A stretch of 64,000 nt of DNA from the NCBI GenBank assembly GCA_964482465.1, contig CAYZXQ010000010.1:780-64779 (forward strand). Reading direction: 5' to 3'. The position numbers were made by a program, and so were the translations under genes. Positions within the stretch are counted from its first letter, which is position 1, and each line of letters begins with the position of its first letter. Positions 1 through 11,810 of this stretch are shown one piece after another. Source of the DNA: an uncultured Nigerium sp. (GTDB lineage: Bacteria > Actinomycetota > Actinomycetes > Propionibacteriales > Propionibacteriaceae). Below the pieces are notes generated by a model that did not search any database, had not been told where the DNA came from, and worked only from the letters and a program-made list of their open reading frames with translations.

Positions 1-444
1 CACGGCCGTCTGCTCGTTGCACACCGGCTCGTGGGCGGTTGTGATCCGGAACGTGACGGTGAACGACCCGGCGCCGGTCATGTTTGTGCCCGTGGCTGGG
101 GACACGGTGACGGCCTCCCAGGCGTCCCCGTTGACGAGCGGCACCTTCCAGGTGGCGGCCGAGGACAGCGGGGTGACGTTGAAGGTCCACTGGAAGGTCG
201 TGCCCACCGGGATCACCTTGTTCGTCGGGTTGGTGCTGTAGGCGATCAACCAGACGGTGTGCCGAGGGCCCGACATGCCATCGTGAGCGCCGTAGGTGAG
301 GGTGCAGATGCCCGCGTAGTAGCCCGGCGAGGCGGCGAACGTGGGGGCGGCTGCTGCCGCGGCGACGGCGGGAACGGCCCACATCGCGCCCTTGGCGAGC
401 GTGCGGCGCGGAATCACCTGCGATGCCCGTGTCTCGACGTCCAT
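1..444 (-). CDS. Secreted protein with actinobacterial twin-arginine-like leader (runs off the window edge, 3' end missing)
   Basis: Not in the ORF track. Hand translation: MDVETRASQVIPRRTLAKGAMWAVPAVAAAAAAPTFAAS-PGYYAGIC..., open to base 1; RBS GAGGGGAG upstream; Thr/Val/Trp-rich, beta-like mature part. Confidence 0.8.
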   Translation of the reverse strand, partial: MDVETRASQVIPRRTLAKGAMWAVPAVAAAAAAPTFAASPGYYAGICTLTYGAHDGMSGPRHTVWLIAYSTNPTNKVIPVGTTFQWTFNVTPLSSAATWKVPLVNGDAWEAVTVSPATGTNMTGAGSFTVTFRITTAHEPVCNEQTAV

Positions 445-708
445 GCCTTAGTCTCCCCTCGTACGCACATCAGACCTCATCAACCTTAGTAGTGAATGCC
501 TAGTCGCGCCCATGTCGGACGGTCACCTAGGGGGGTGACTTGATGAGGCTTCCGCCGCCGGTGCATCGTCAAAACGTCTTTGGTCGCACGGGGGGTCTCC
601 GCGGGATACGTCCCCCAGTCGGTGCCTGGGGCGGCGTCCTCCGCTCACGTCATGGCAGGGGGCGGGCGCGTCTGACAGGATCTGGCTGACCGGCGAGGAG
701 GATGACAC

Positions 709-2055
709 ATGAGCGCGCCCCTGTTCTTGGGAGTAGGCCCGAGCCACGAAGTGGCGCCCGATGAGATGTTCTTCTCGACCACCGATGCCCGCGGCGTCAT
801 CAAGCAGGCCAACACGGTCTTCGTGCGCCTGTCGCGGTACAGCCGGGAGCAACTCGTCGGTGCCCCGCACAGCATCATTCGGCACCCCTCCATGCCGGGC
901 GGCGCCTTCCTGCTCATGTGGGACACGCTGCAAGCGCGACGTCCGTTCTGCGCCTACGTCGACAACCTCGCCGCGGACGGGGGTCGCTACACCGTCTTCG
1001 CCACCATCACCCCCCTGGGAGACGACTACCTGTCGGTCCGCGTCCGCCCCCGGCGCACCGACCTGCTGGACGCCGCCCGCGGCCTGTACCGGCTCGTGCG
1101 GCCGCTGGAACTCCAGCGCCGCCACGACGGCGCGAGCGCGCACGGTGCCGCGGTGGACGGCCGCGGGCACCTGGCGAGCCTGCTGGCCGACGCCGGGTTC
1201 CCCAGCTACGAGGAGTTCATCTGGACCGCGCTGCCGGCCGAAGTCGAAGAGCGGGCGGCGTCCGGCACCGGGTTCCCCGCGCGGCCCGGGGCCGTCGGCC
1301 CGGCAGCGGAGCTGCTCGCGGCGTCAGCGTTCGTCCACGGCGACCTGAGCGCATGGACCGCCGAGATGGCCGACCTGCAAGCGCTCGCGGACGCCCTCGT
1401 GGCCGCTGGCGGACGCCTGGGAGATTCCCTGGCGGAGAGCGAGCGCACCGTCGGCGAGTTCACCGCCGCAGCGGCAGCCGTCACCGGATTCGCCCCGATC
1501 CTCGGGGGCATCTCCCTGTGGACCCAGATGATGGGGGAGATCCACGGCGGACTCCAGCTTCTGGGCGCGCGGCTGGCCGAACTGCGGGCCAGCGTTGCCC
1601 AGACGCGGTTCCGGATCGCCCTCAGTGCGCTCCAGAGCGAGACCGTCGGGCAGTTCGCCTGCGAATTGATCGACGAGGTGCCCGGCTCCGACCTGGCCCG
1701 GCCCGCCATCGGCCAGTTGGTGCGCGCGCTGCACGAGGGGATCGCGGACGCGGACGCCGCCATGCGTGCCAACGCCGCGCTCGCCGCCACGGCTTCCGAC
1801 GAGCTCGTGGAGTTGGCGGACCTGGTCGGGGTTCCGACCGGCCTGTTGCGGATGTGGGAGTCCTTGGCGTCCGGACGCGACGAGGACGCCGTCACCCGGC
1901 TCCTGCCGCGGGTCGGCGAGGCCATCGCCCACGCGGAGGCGGACGCCGAGGCCCTGCGGGTGCTCGCGGCGCGCTGCCGGGCCGTTCGTCCGGTGGACAT
2001 CGCCCACCTGGACGCCGATCTGGACCGCATCCACGTTCTCGCCGAGGCCGCATGA
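709..2055 (+). CDS. Aer-type PAS domain protein with long helical C-terminus
   Basis: [47 protein letters not shown] resembles the Aer FAD-PAS; RBS GAGGAGG. Confidence 0.8.
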   Translation: MSAPLFLGVGPSHEVAPDEMFFSTTDARGVIKQANTVFVRLSRYSREQLVGAPHSIIRHPSMPGGAFLLMWDTLQARRPFCAYVDNLAADGGRYTVFATITPLGDDYLSVRVRPRRTDLLDAARGLYRLVRPLELQRRHDGASAHGAAVDGRGHLASLLADAGFPSYEEFIWTALPAEVEERAASGTGFPARPGAVGPAAELLAASAFVHGDLSAWTAEMADLQALADALVAAGGRLGDSLAESERTVGEFTAAAAAVTGFAPILGGISLWTQMMGEIHGGLQLLGARLAELRASVAQTRFRIALSALQSETVGQFACELIDEVPGSDLARPAIGQLVRALHEGIADADAAMRANAALAATASDELVELADLVGVPTGLLRMWESLASGRDEDAVTRLLPRVGEAIAHAEADAEALRVLAARCRAVRPVDIAHLDADLDRIHVLAEAA

Positions 2056-3443
2056 CCAGGACGCCACCCCGCTTGATGCCCTGGCGCTCGGCCGCCGCGC
2101 TTGGGTTGCTCGGCACGTTCCTGATGACCTGGGGGAACGCGAACCCCGAGTTCAGCTTCGACCCCGCCGGGTACCCGAGCGCGGCGATCAACGCGTTCGG
2201 CCACGCCGCTCCGGTCCCGTACGACCGGATGATCCTGGTGGCGGGGGCGGTGCTGTTGTCGTGGGTGTGGTGGCGGATCCGGCCGCACGAGGGGCAGCCG
2301 GGCATCGCGCGTCCGGGTCTGCTGGTTGCGATCTGGTCGTTGCCGTTCCTGGCGACTCCACCGATGTTGACCGGCGACCCGGTGCTGTACGCCGATTGCG
2401 GCTGGATCGTCCTGCAGGGACGCAACCCCTACCTCGTGGGCCTGACGGGCGCGGGGGGTCCCTACGCCCCCGGCGTCGACAGTCTGTGGGCGGGGCACGG
2501 CGTCGCCTATCCGCCGCTGAGTTTGTGGGTCCACACGTGGTTCGTCGCGTTGGCGGGCGCGCATCCCTTCTGGGGGATCATGGCGCAGCGCATCCCCGCC
2601 GTCCTCGGTGTGGTGCTTGTCGGGGTCCTCGTGCCGCGCATCGTCGCGGGACTGCGGCCGGGGGCCTCCGATCTGGCGATGTGGCAGTCCCGCGCCCAGT
2701 GGTGGGGGCTGCTGAATCCCTTGTTGGTGGTCCATTTCGTCGGCGGGGCGCACAACGACGCGCTCATGGCCGGCGTCGCCGTGCTTGCCGTGTGGGTCGT
2801 GGTGAGGTTCCGGACGCCGTGGGCGCGCTGGCTGCTCGCCCCCGTGGTGGTCGGGGTGGCGATGAGCTTGAAGCAGCAGGCCGGGCTGGTCGTGCTGCCC
2901 GTCGCGGGACTGCCCATTCTGGCCGTGTTGCGGACGCTGCCCTTGCCGCGCCGACTGGTGACCCTCGGCGTCCGGGCTGCGGGGGTGACGGCGGTCGCCG
3001 TGGTGACGTTCGTGGGGATCACGTGGGCGTCCGGGCTGGGGTTCGGCTGGACCGCATGGCTCAACCTGATGGGGTCGGCGGGGACGCCCGCTCCGTTCTG
3101 GATTCTTCAGGACTGGGGCGGGGAAGCGCTGCTGCAGGCGGGCATCGACCCCACCCTGTACCGGCGGGTGGTCGGGATGGGCGCCAATGTGGTTCTGCTG
3201 GCGGTGCTGGCCTGGATCGTGATCCGGTGGAGCGCCCGGCCGCTGCAGACCGTCGGCTGGGCGGCCCTCGCGCTGGGCATCCTGGGTCAGGCCATGCAGC
3301 CGTGGTACCTGCCGTGGGCGTTCGTGTTTCTGGGGCTCGGTCCGCTGACCCACAAGCAGCGGGCGTGGCTGGGGGGCTTCGCGATGGCGTTCGTGGTGTG
3401 GAACACGGTCCAGACGGTCATCTGGCACGGCCAGTACAACTGA
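2052..3443 (+). CDS. Polyprenol-phosphomannose-dependent alpha-1,6-mannosyltransferase (MptA/MptB-like, GT-C)
   Basis: [24 protein letters not shown]...[16 protein letters not shown] motifs; polytopic; ATGA overlap with the PAS gene. Confidence 0.8.
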   Translation: MTRTPPRLMPWRSAAALGLLGTFLMTWGNANPEFSFDPAGYPSAAINAFGHAAPVPYDRMILVAGAVLLSWVWWRIRPHEGQPGIARPGLLVAIWSLPFLATPPMLTGDPVLYADCGWIVLQGRNPYLVGLTGAGGPYAPGVDSLWAGHGVAYPPLSLWVHTWFVALAGAHPFWGIMAQRIPAVLGVVLVGVLVPRIVAGLRPGASDLAMWQSRAQWWGLLNPLLVVHFVGGAHNDALMAGVAVLAVWVVVRFRTPWARWLLAPVVVGVAMSLKQQAGLVVLPVAGLPILAVLRTLPLPRRLVTLGVRAAGVTAVAVVTFVGITWASGLGFGWTAWLNLMGSAGTPAPFWILQDWGGEALLQAGIDPTLYRRVVGMGANVVLLAVLAWIVIRWSARPLQTVGWAALALGILGQAMQPWYLPWAFVFLGLGPLTHKQRAWLGGFAMAFVVWNTVQTVIWHGQYN

Positions 3444-3508
3444 GCGTCCGGGCGACCCTCCCGACACGGCGTGACCTCAGGAGGGTCGTGGCGACGGCGC
3501 CCGGACGC
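3444..3508 (+). terminator. Long GC-rich stem-loop after the mannosyltransferase
   Basis: GCGTCCGGGCG (3444-3454) / CGCCCGGACGC (3498-3508), with an alternative CGACCCTCC/GGAGGGTCG stem inside. Confidence 0.45.
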
Positions 3509-3556
3509 ACTCGGCCGGCGCCCACGGCGTCCGGACCCCGGTGGGCCGTTGGCTAG

Positions 3557-5110
<1,554 letters not shown>

Positions 5111-5204
5111 GACGCCCGTCCGGAGCGCCCCGCATGCGAGAGCGTGTCGGGGGCGTCCGGCACGCGGCGCGACAACCTGCGAAGATGAACGACGTGAGGC
5201 AAGC

Positions 5205-6311
5205 ATGATCGAGATCGGGCGCTCCAAGCGCGCACAGATGGTGTACGGGTTCGACGACATCGCGATCGTCCCGACCCGGAGGACGCGGACGCCGGAGGAC
5301 GTCAGGCTCTCGTGGACGATCGACGCCCTGACGTTCGACTTCCCCCTCGTCGCGGCCCCCATGGACTCGGTGATGTCGCCGGCGACCGCCATCGCGTTCG
5401 GACGCCTCGGCGGCCTGGGCGTCCTCAACCTCGAGGGCCTGTGGACGCGCTATGAGGATCCCGAGCCGCTGCTGGACGAGCTGGCGGGCATCCACGATCC
5501 CGTCGCCGCCACCAAGCGGATGCAGCAGGTCTATGCCGAGCCGGTGAAGGCCGAACTCATTACGCAGCGGATGCGCGAGATCAGGGCGGCGGGGGTGCCG
5601 GTCGCGGGGGCGTTGTCGCCGCAGCGGACCCAGGAGTTCGCCTCCGTCGTCGAGTCGGCGGGCGTCGACTTCTTCGTCATCCGCGGCACGACCGTCTCGG
5701 CCGAGCACGTCTCGCAGACCGACGAGCCCCTCAACCTCAAGGAGTTCATCCGCAAGCTCGACGTCCCGGTGATCGTGGGCGGGTGCGCCACCTACCAGGC
5801 CGCGTTGCACCTGATGCGGACCGGCGCCGCCGGCGTCCTCGTCGGCTTCGGCGGCGGCTCCACGGGTCGGACGCGCAACGTCCTGGGCGTGGAGGTACCG
5901 ATGGCCTCGGCCATCGCCGACGTGGCGGCGGCGCGGCGCGACTACCTGGACGAGTCCGGCGGCCGCTACGTGCACGTGATCGCCGACGGCGCGCTCGGGC
6001 GGTCCGGCGACATCGCCAAGGCCATCGCGTGCGGAGCGGACGCCGCCATGGTCTCGACGCCCCTGGCGCGCGCGACCGAGGCCCCCGGACAGGGCTGGCA
6101 CTGGGGCCCCGAGGCCTGGCACCCGCGGCTCCCACGCGGCGAGCGCGTCGCGATGGGCACCGTGGGCACGCTGGCGCAGATCATGGAGGGTCCGTCCCAC
6201 ACGGTCGACGGCACCATGAACCTCGTCGGCGCCCTGCGCAAGGCCATGGCGACCTGCGGCTACACCGAGGTCAAGGAATTCCAGCGCGTGGAGCTCGTCG
6301 TCCACAGTTGA
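5205..6311 (+). CDS. guaB3: GuaB3-family IMP dehydrogenase-related protein
   Basis: IEIGRSKRAQMVYGFDDIAIVP, NLEGLWTRY, ARRDYLDESGGRYVHVIADG; GFGGGSTGRTR lacks the catalytic Cys. Confidence 0.92.
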   Translation: MIEIGRSKRAQMVYGFDDIAIVPTRRTRTPEDVRLSWTIDALTFDFPLVAAPMDSVMSPATAIAFGRLGGLGVLNLEGLWTRYEDPEPLLDELAGIHDPVAATKRMQQVYAEPVKAELITQRMREIRAAGVPVAGALSPQRTQEFASVVESAGVDFFVIRGTTVSAEHVSQTDEPLNLKEFIRKLDVPVIVGGCATYQAALHLMRTGAAGVLVGFGGGSTGRTRNVLGVEVPMASAIADVAAARRDYLDESGGRYVHVIADGALGRSGDIAKAIACGADAAMVSTPLARATEAPGQGWHWGPEAWHPRLPRGERVAMGTVGTLAQIMEGPSHTVDGTMNLVGALRKAMATCGYTEVKEFQRVELVVHS

Positions 6312-6669
6312 GCGGTGGGACGCCCACCCCGAGGTGACCTCGGCTGCGTCGGGAATACCGCCGGGTTCGAGCCCATCGGGCAGGGCACCGCGCTGCCCTC
6401 CTCCTGGGACGAGGCCGCCCCGCGCGAGCTGGGAGGCGCGGGTGGGTGCGGGTGGGCTTCGAGGGTGTCTGGACGTAGCGAGCGCCGTCGCCTCGCGCGT
6501 CGGGACGGCTCAGCACCCAGCGTGGAGGACGGGCACTCGGCCGAATCCACCCAGGCGTCGAACAGGCCAAAGCTGCCGTCCGGGCGGAGGACCAGGCGTG
6601 CGCCCTGGCTGTCCGAGGCGCTGAGGTACGCCCCAGCCCCGGCCGAACGGGCTCGCCCGGCTCGGATCC

Positions 6670-7827
6670 TCACCCCGCGGCCGCGATGTCGCGGGCGAAC
6701 AAGGCCCGCGTGGCCGCCTCCTGCCCCGCGGAATCCCAGCGCACGGCGTCCAGCCCCGCCTGCGCCTCGGTGAGGACCCGCCGCAGTCCGGCGTCCGAGA
6801 TCAGGCCGCGCCGGCGCAGCAGCGTCGCGGCGCCCACGTAGGTGTCGTGGAAGAAGATGCCGCGCCCGGCGTGCTCGGCCCGGACCGACGCGGGGGTCGC
6901 CACGACGTCGTGGATTAGGACGAGGTCGAGCACGTCGGCGAACCGCTCCAGCAACTTCTCGCCGACGAGCACGTCGCCTTGTCCGGAGTCGCCGAGGAAC
7001 AGCAGACGGTACTCCGGGAAGAGCAGGCGGGAGTGGTGGATGTTCTCGACCTTCTTCGCGGCCATCGCGTCGTGGGTGGCGAGGTTGAGGAAGCTCCCCG
7101 ACAGCACCGCGGACTGCGCGATCCCCGCGCGCCGCAGCGCCCGCCGGGTGGAGTTCTCGATCAGGCCCAGGGCGTCCATGGGGCGCGCGGTCACGAAGGT
7201 GAGGTCGCCGGTGGAGAAGGGGTCGTCGTCCGGACCGTCGTCCAGGGCCTCGAAGACGGCCAGCACGCCGGGGTAGAGGGTGCCCTTCGGGTAGCGGTCG
7301 TCGTGCAGCCGCGCGAAGACCGTGTCGTCGATGTCGGAGAGCACCTTGGCCTTGCCGACATCCAGGCCGGACGCCTGCGTGGCGATGTGGTCGAGGATCG
7401 CCGCGCGCGTGCCGCGGTCGTCGACGTCGGAGTACACCAGGCCCTCGAGGTCGCGGGTGTCGTGGCGGGCGTTGATCGCGTTCTTCAGGCGGGTGAGCGC
7501 GACCCCGTTCGTCCCGAGGATCAGGTTGCGCAAACCGTCCTCGTCGCGGGCGTCCGTTACCCCCGCCTGCAGCCCGAACGCGACCGCGGCGCGGGCCTCG
7601 ACGGAGAGGTCGCCCAGCCGGGTCACGGTGAGCAGCCGGATCAACTCGGTGCGCAAGGCCGGACCGAACGGGTGGTCGTCCACGGCGCGGAACAGCTCCG
7701 CGGTGTCGACGCCCAGCAACAGCGCCTCGAGTTCGTCGGGGGTCGCCGCGGCCAGCAGGCCGAGGATGCGTTCCTCGTCGGCGCGTGTGGTGACGCCGGC
7801 GAGCAGGTCGGCAAGGAGAGATGTCAT
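6670..7827 (-). CDS. App1-like (phosphatidate phosphatase-type) HAD phosphatase
   Basis: MTSLLADLL start after GGAG; SDIDDT (DxDxT), FVTARP, K, FLGDSGQGD motifs. Confidence 0.75.
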   Translation of the reverse strand: MTSLLADLLAGVTTRADEERILGLLAAATPDELEALLLGVDTAELFRAVDDHPFGPALRTELIRLLTVTRLGDLSVEARAAVAFGLQAGVTDARDEDGLRNLILGTNGVALTRLKNAINARHDTRDLEGLVYSDVDDRGTRAAILDHIATQASGLDVGKAKVLSDIDDTVFARLHDDRYPKGTLYPGVLAVFEALDDGPDDDPFSTGDLTFVTARPMDALGLIENSTRRALRRAGIAQSAVLSGSFLNLATHDAMAAKKVENIHHSRLLFPEYRLLFLGDSGQGDVLVGEKLLERFADVLDLVLIHDVVATPASVRAEHAGRGIFFHDTYVGAATLLRRRGLISDAGLRRVLTEAQAGLDAVRWDSAGQEAATRALFARDIAAAG

Positions 7828-7828
7828 G

Positions 7829-8776
7829 TCAGGGCTCCTCGGGGGCTCGGACGCGCAACGCGCCGGGGACGATCCCCAACTGCACGTCGGTGACGGACCC
7901 GACGACGTCGCCGTCGAGGTGGAGGGGCATGGGTGCGTCGGGGACCGCCCATACGCTGCGCGCCGTGCCGTAGCGCAGTGCGGCCACCTCGCGGCGGTGT
8001 CCGGTGAGGCCCTTGACCGCGACGCCGGCCCACTGCCACACCGATTCCAGCGGGACTTCGAGAGTGTCGAGGACGCCGTCGGTGGCGGACGCCGCGGGGA
8101 ATACGGTGATCCCCCCGGGGATGCGCCCGAAGTTGGCGGCGAGCAGGCTCCACGTGTCGAGCGAGCGGATGGGTCCGCCGTCGATCGACACCCGCATCCG
8201 GACCGGTCGGGTCGTGAGGTGCCGGACGCCGGACGCCAGGTACGCCAGCCAGCCGATGCGGTCCTTGAACTCGGGGCGCGTACCCAAGACGGTGGCCGCG
8301 TCGTTGCCCAGCCCCGCCAGCACGAGGAACGTCTGCGGCTCGACCAAGGCCCCCGGGGTGCCGTCCACCACGGGGCGCCAGGTGGCGGTGCCGACGTCGA
8401 TGGTGCGGGTGGGTCCGGACAGGGCGCGGGCGACGGCCCGGTCGACGTTGCGGGTCCGGACGCCGAGGTTGTGCGCCACGAGATTCGCGGTGCCGATGCT
8501 GACGATGCCCAGGTCCGTCCCGGAGCCGGCCAGGACGTGCGCGACCTCCCGCACCGTCCCGTCGCCGCCGGCCGCGATGACCAACTCCGCGCCGGCGTCC
8601 AGCGCCTCGCGCGCCTGGGGTCCGCCGGGTCGCGCCACGGTCGTGACGAGGAATTCCGGCGCCGGCCAGCCCGCGGCGCGGCACGCGCGGCGCAGGGCGG
8701 CCCGGACATCGTGGAACCGCTTCGACTTCGGGTTGACCACGGCGAACACGCGCTGCGGCGCGCGGTCGGGTTCCAT
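7829..8776 (-). CDS. Diacylglycerol/lipid kinase family protein (YegS/DgkB-like)
   Basis: VVNPKS, AAGGDGTVREV, GTANLVA, GWLAY, DGVLD, LDGD. Confidence 0.9.
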   Translation of the reverse strand: MEPDRAPQRVFAVVNPKSKRFHDVRAALRRACRAAGWPAPEFLVTTVARPGGPQAREALDAGAELVIAAGGDGTVREVAHVLAGSGTDLGIVSIGTANLVAHNLGVRTRNVDRAVARALSGPTRTIDVGTATWRPVVDGTPGALVEPQTFLVLAGLGNDAATVLGTRPEFKDRIGWLAYLASGVRHLTTRPVRMRVSIDGGPIRSLDTWSLLAANFGRIPGGITVFPAASATDGVLDTLEVPLESVWQWAGVAVKGLTGHRREVAALRYGTARSVWAVPDAPMPLHLDGDVVGSVTDVQLGIVPGALRVRAPEEP

Positions 8777-8849
8777 GGGGCCATTGTGCCGACGGTCGGG
8801 CGCGGCGAGATGCTTCGCGTCGGCGTGGCGGCCCCCTAGGGTGGCCCCC

Positions 8850-9185
8850 ATGACCGAACTGCCGGCCGACCTGGTGGCCATGCGCCACAGCATCGACAAC
8901 CTCGACGCGGCGCTGGTGTACCTGCTCGCCGAGCGGTTCCGCATCACCAAGCGGGTGGGTGTGCTGAAGGCGACCCAGGGTCTGCCCCCGGCCGACCCCG
9001 CGCGCGAGGAGCAGCAGATCGCCCGGCTGCGGGCGTTGGCGCACGCCGCCGACCTCGATCCGGAGTTCGCCGAGAAGTTCCTGACGTTCATCGTCACCGA
9101 GGTCGTCCGGCACCACGAGCAGATCGCCCGCGAAGTGTCCGCCCCGGAGGAGTCCGAGGGCGACGGCGCGGCGCCGACGGCGTAG
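8850..9185 (+). CDS. Chorismate mutase (AroQ, type II)
   Basis: RHSIDNLDAALVYLLAERFRITKRVG.LK, DPAREEQQ. Confidence 0.9.
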   Translation: MTELPADLVAMRHSIDNLDAALVYLLAERFRITKRVGVLKATQGLPPADPAREEQQIARLRALAHAADLDPEFAEKFLTFIVTEVVRHHEQIAREVSAPEESEGDGAAPTA

Positions 9186-9237
9186 CGGGCAGGCGGCCCC
9201 GGCATCGGCCGCGGGCGCTCCGCGGCCGACTCCAGGC

Positions 9238-10167
9238 TCACTCCATCAGGTCGGCATACAGGACGGTCGACAGGTAGCGCTCGCCGAACGACGGGACGAT
9301 CACGACGATCGTCGCACCCGCGTACTCGTCCTCGGACGCGAGGCGTCCGGCGGCGGCGAGCGCGGCGCCCGAGGAGATCCCGACCAGGAGCCCCTCCTCG
9401 CGGGCGGCGCGTCGGGCGTAGTCGAGGGCGGTGTCGGACGCCACGGGCTCGATCCGGTCGATGACCGAACGATCCAGGACCCCCGGGACGAAGTTCGCTC
9501 CGATGCCCTGGATCTTGTGCGGGGCCGGGTCGCCACCGGCGAGCACCGGCGATTCGGCCGGTTCCACGGCCACGACCCGGACGCCGGGCTTGCGTTCCTT
9601 CAGGACGTGGCCGACGCCGGTGATGGTCCCGCCGGTCCCGACGCCGGCGACCAGGACGTCCACCGTGCCGTCGGTGTCGTCCCAGATCTCCTCCGCCGTG
9701 GTCCGCCGGTGCATGGCCGGGTTGGCCTCGTTTTCGAATTGCCGGACCAACACCGCGCCGTCGCTGTGGCCCAACTGCTCCGCCCGGGCGACGGCGCCCT
9801 TCATGCCCTCGGCGCCCGGCGTCAGGACCAACTCCGCCCCGAAGGCCCGCAGCAGTGCCCGGCGCTCCTTGGACATGGTCTCCGGCATTGTCAGCACGAC
9901 CTTGTAGCCCCGCGCGGCCCCCACCATCGCCAAAGCGATGCCGGTGTTGCCCGAGGTCGCCTCCACGATGGTCCCGCCGGGACGGAGCTGACCGGACGCC
10001 TCCGCGGCGTCCACCATCGCCACGCCGATCCGGTCCTTGACCGAGTTGGCGGGGTTGTAGAACTCCAGCTTGGCGAGGATCGTCGCGCGGGCGTCCGGGA
10101 ACAGCTTGGTGATGCGGACCAGCGGCGTCCGGCCGACCAGTTCGGTGACGTTGTCGTAGACCTTCAT
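9238..10167 (-). CDS. cysK: Cysteine synthase A
   Basis: [41 protein letters not shown]. Confidence 0.96.
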   Translation of the reverse strand: MKVYDNVTELVGRTPLVRITKLFPDARATILAKLEFYNPANSVKDRIGVAMVDAAEASGQLRPGGTIVEATSGNTGIALAMVGAARGYKVVLTMPETMSKERRALLRAFGAELVLTPGAEGMKGAVARAEQLGHSDGAVLVRQFENEANPAMHRRTTAEEIWDDTDGTVDVLVAGVGTGGTITGVGHVLKERKPGVRVVAVEPAESPVLAGGDPAPHKIQGIGANFVPGVLDRSVIDRIEPVASDTALDYARRAAREEGLLVGISSGAALAAAGRLASEDEYAGATIVVIVPSFGERYLSTVLYADLME

Positions 10168-10236
10168 GGCGGGAACCGTACGGGTTCGGCGCCGGAACCG
10201 AAAGGTCGTTTCATATTTTGATAACGCCAACGTTCG

Positions 10237-11403
10237 CTAAATACCGTCGGGGGTATCCCGTCCTAGAGTCGGCATGTGCGACGTTCTGGTCACGCCGATG
10301 ACGATGATCGCGGCGCACAGCAGGCCGACCAAGCTGCCCGGCAGGCCGAGGGTCGGCGTCGCGAAGGCCAGCAGCCCACCCGCGATCGGGAGCAGGGGAG
10401 CCACCGACCCGAGCGCGCGCCGCCGCCACGTCCACAAGGGGCTGGCCCACAGCAGCGTCAGGGCGGGCAGCCACGCCGGAATCACGAGCGCGAGTGAGGT
10501 GCCGACCAAGGCCCCTGCGCGTTCCTGGGCCAGGTAGCCAGCCGTGTCGCGGGCGTCCGTGGCCGCCCCGGAGACGCCGAGCGAGCCCAGGAGCACGGTC
10601 AAGCCGAGGAGGAGGGCGACGACGACGGGTACCCAGCTCCCCGCGAAGGGGGACGCCGCGGGTGTGGGCGCGCCCCCGGCCGATGGCACCGTTCCGACAG
10701 CGAGTGACGCGCCCCGGCCGGAGCTGTCTCGTGTTGCCCGCATCGACAGGATCAGCAGCACGAGGGACGCCAGCGCCCCGAGCACGAACGACGCCCGGCC
10801 CGCGTCGAGTGAGAGCCCCGCGAGCGGGATTCCCACCCAGGGGATGGCCGGCAGCGCGGTGCCGACGACCTTCCACGTCGGGTTCCACAGCGGGCTCGGC
10901 CACAGCAACAGCAGAGCGGGCAGCCAGAACGGGAGCGTCATGGAGATGGGCGCGACCGCTGCCAGGGCCGGCCCGACCTGGGGCAGGAGCGGCCCCAGGA
11001 CGAGGCTGCCGTCTCCGAATGTCGCCGTGGTGCCGACGGTGAAGGCGGTCAGGCCGGCTCCGACCAGGATGCTCGAGGCGAGCGAGAGGCTCAGCAGGAT
11101 CGCCACGGCCGCCGGGATCCATCTGCGGGCGAACAGGGGGGTGGGCGGGGGTGCGGGGTCGGTGAGGATGACGGGGGCGGCGTCCAGTAGTGCCTGGCGT
11201 GCGACGGCGTCCGGGCTGCCGAGTCCGCGCAGAATCGCCGCCATGTCGGCCTCCGAGGGCGACGGCAGGTCGGCCATGCGCGACTCGATGTGTTCGCGGA
11301 CGCCCGCCAGGATCTCGATCCGGTCGACGGGCTCGGTCGGTGCCAGCAGCCGCGAGAGCTCATCGAGGTAGAGCTCGGCCTGCGTGGGGAGGGGGGTGGT
11401 CAT
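10237..11403 (-). CDS. HAAS/DUF1700-type membrane protein with duplicated transmembrane module
   Basis: YLDELSRLL..DRIEILAGVREHI..LGSPDAVA N-terminus; overlaps padR stop. Confidence 0.75.
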   Translation of the reverse strand: MTTPLPTQAELYLDELSRLLAPTEPVDRIEILAGVREHIESRMADLPSPSEADMAAILRGLGSPDAVARQALLDAAPVILTDPAPPPTPLFARRWIPAAVAILLSLSLASSILVGAGLTAFTVGTTATFGDGSLVLGPLLPQVGPALAAVAPISMTLPFWLPALLLLWPSPLWNPTWKVVGTALPAIPWVGIPLAGLSLDAGRASFVLGALASLVLLILSMRATRDSSGRGASLAVGTVPSAGGAPTPAASPFAGSWVPVVVALLLGLTVLLGSLGVSGAATDARDTAGYLAQERAGALVGTSLALVIPAWLPALTLLWASPLWTWRRRALGSVAPLLPIAGGLLAFATPTLGLPGSLVGLLCAAIIVIGVTRTSHMPTLGRDTPDGI

Positions 11404-11744
11404 GGCTGTTCTCCTTCGACGATGCGATCGACGGCGTCCCGAAATGGACGCCAACTGCCGGTGAATCTGGACAAGGCCGCGCGGCCGGCGTCGGTGAGCT
11501 CGTAGTAGCGGCGGGGTGGACCCGACGGCGACTCGACCCATGAGGTGGTGACCCACCCGGCTTTCCGCAGCCGAGCGAGCAGCGGGTACAGCGTGCCCTC
11601 GCTCGACATCAACTGGCCGTCGGCCGTCAGCCGCCGGGCGATGTCGAGCCCGTAGAGTCGCTCGGTCGCGAGCAGCCCCAGGACGCAGTACTCCAGCGTC
11701 CCGCGCCGAAGGTGGGCGAGGATGCTTTCGTCGCTGGGTATCAT
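11400..11744 (-). CDS. PadR family transcriptional regulator
   Basis: LRRGTLEYCVL, YGLDI, EGTLYPLLARL, GPPRRYYELT. Confidence 0.95.
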   Translation of the reverse strand: MIPSDESILAHLRRGTLEYCVLGLLATERLYGLDIARRLTADGQLMSSEGTLYPLLARLRKAGWVTTSWVESPSGPPRRYYELTDAGRAALSRFTGSWRPFRDAVDRIVEGEQP

Positions 11745-11810
11745 GCCTCACATGATAGTTGGTTCTGCCGCGACACGAAAGGGGGTGGGCGCACCCCCTA
11801 GGATCGTCTC

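Noticed and set aside
475..549. Inverted repeats CCTCATCAA/TTGATGAGG and GTCACC-N6-GGTGAC
   Set aside because: Short, wrong orientation for a CRP/GlxR site, and without supporting context; may be chance.
5205..6311. Second IMPDH lacking the catalytic Cys as a novelty
   Set aside because: This is the well-known actinobacterial GuaB3 paralogue in its usual position.
6350..6375. GGGTTCGAGCCC, resembling a tRNA T-arm
   Set aside because: No acceptor, D or anticodon stems could be folded around it.
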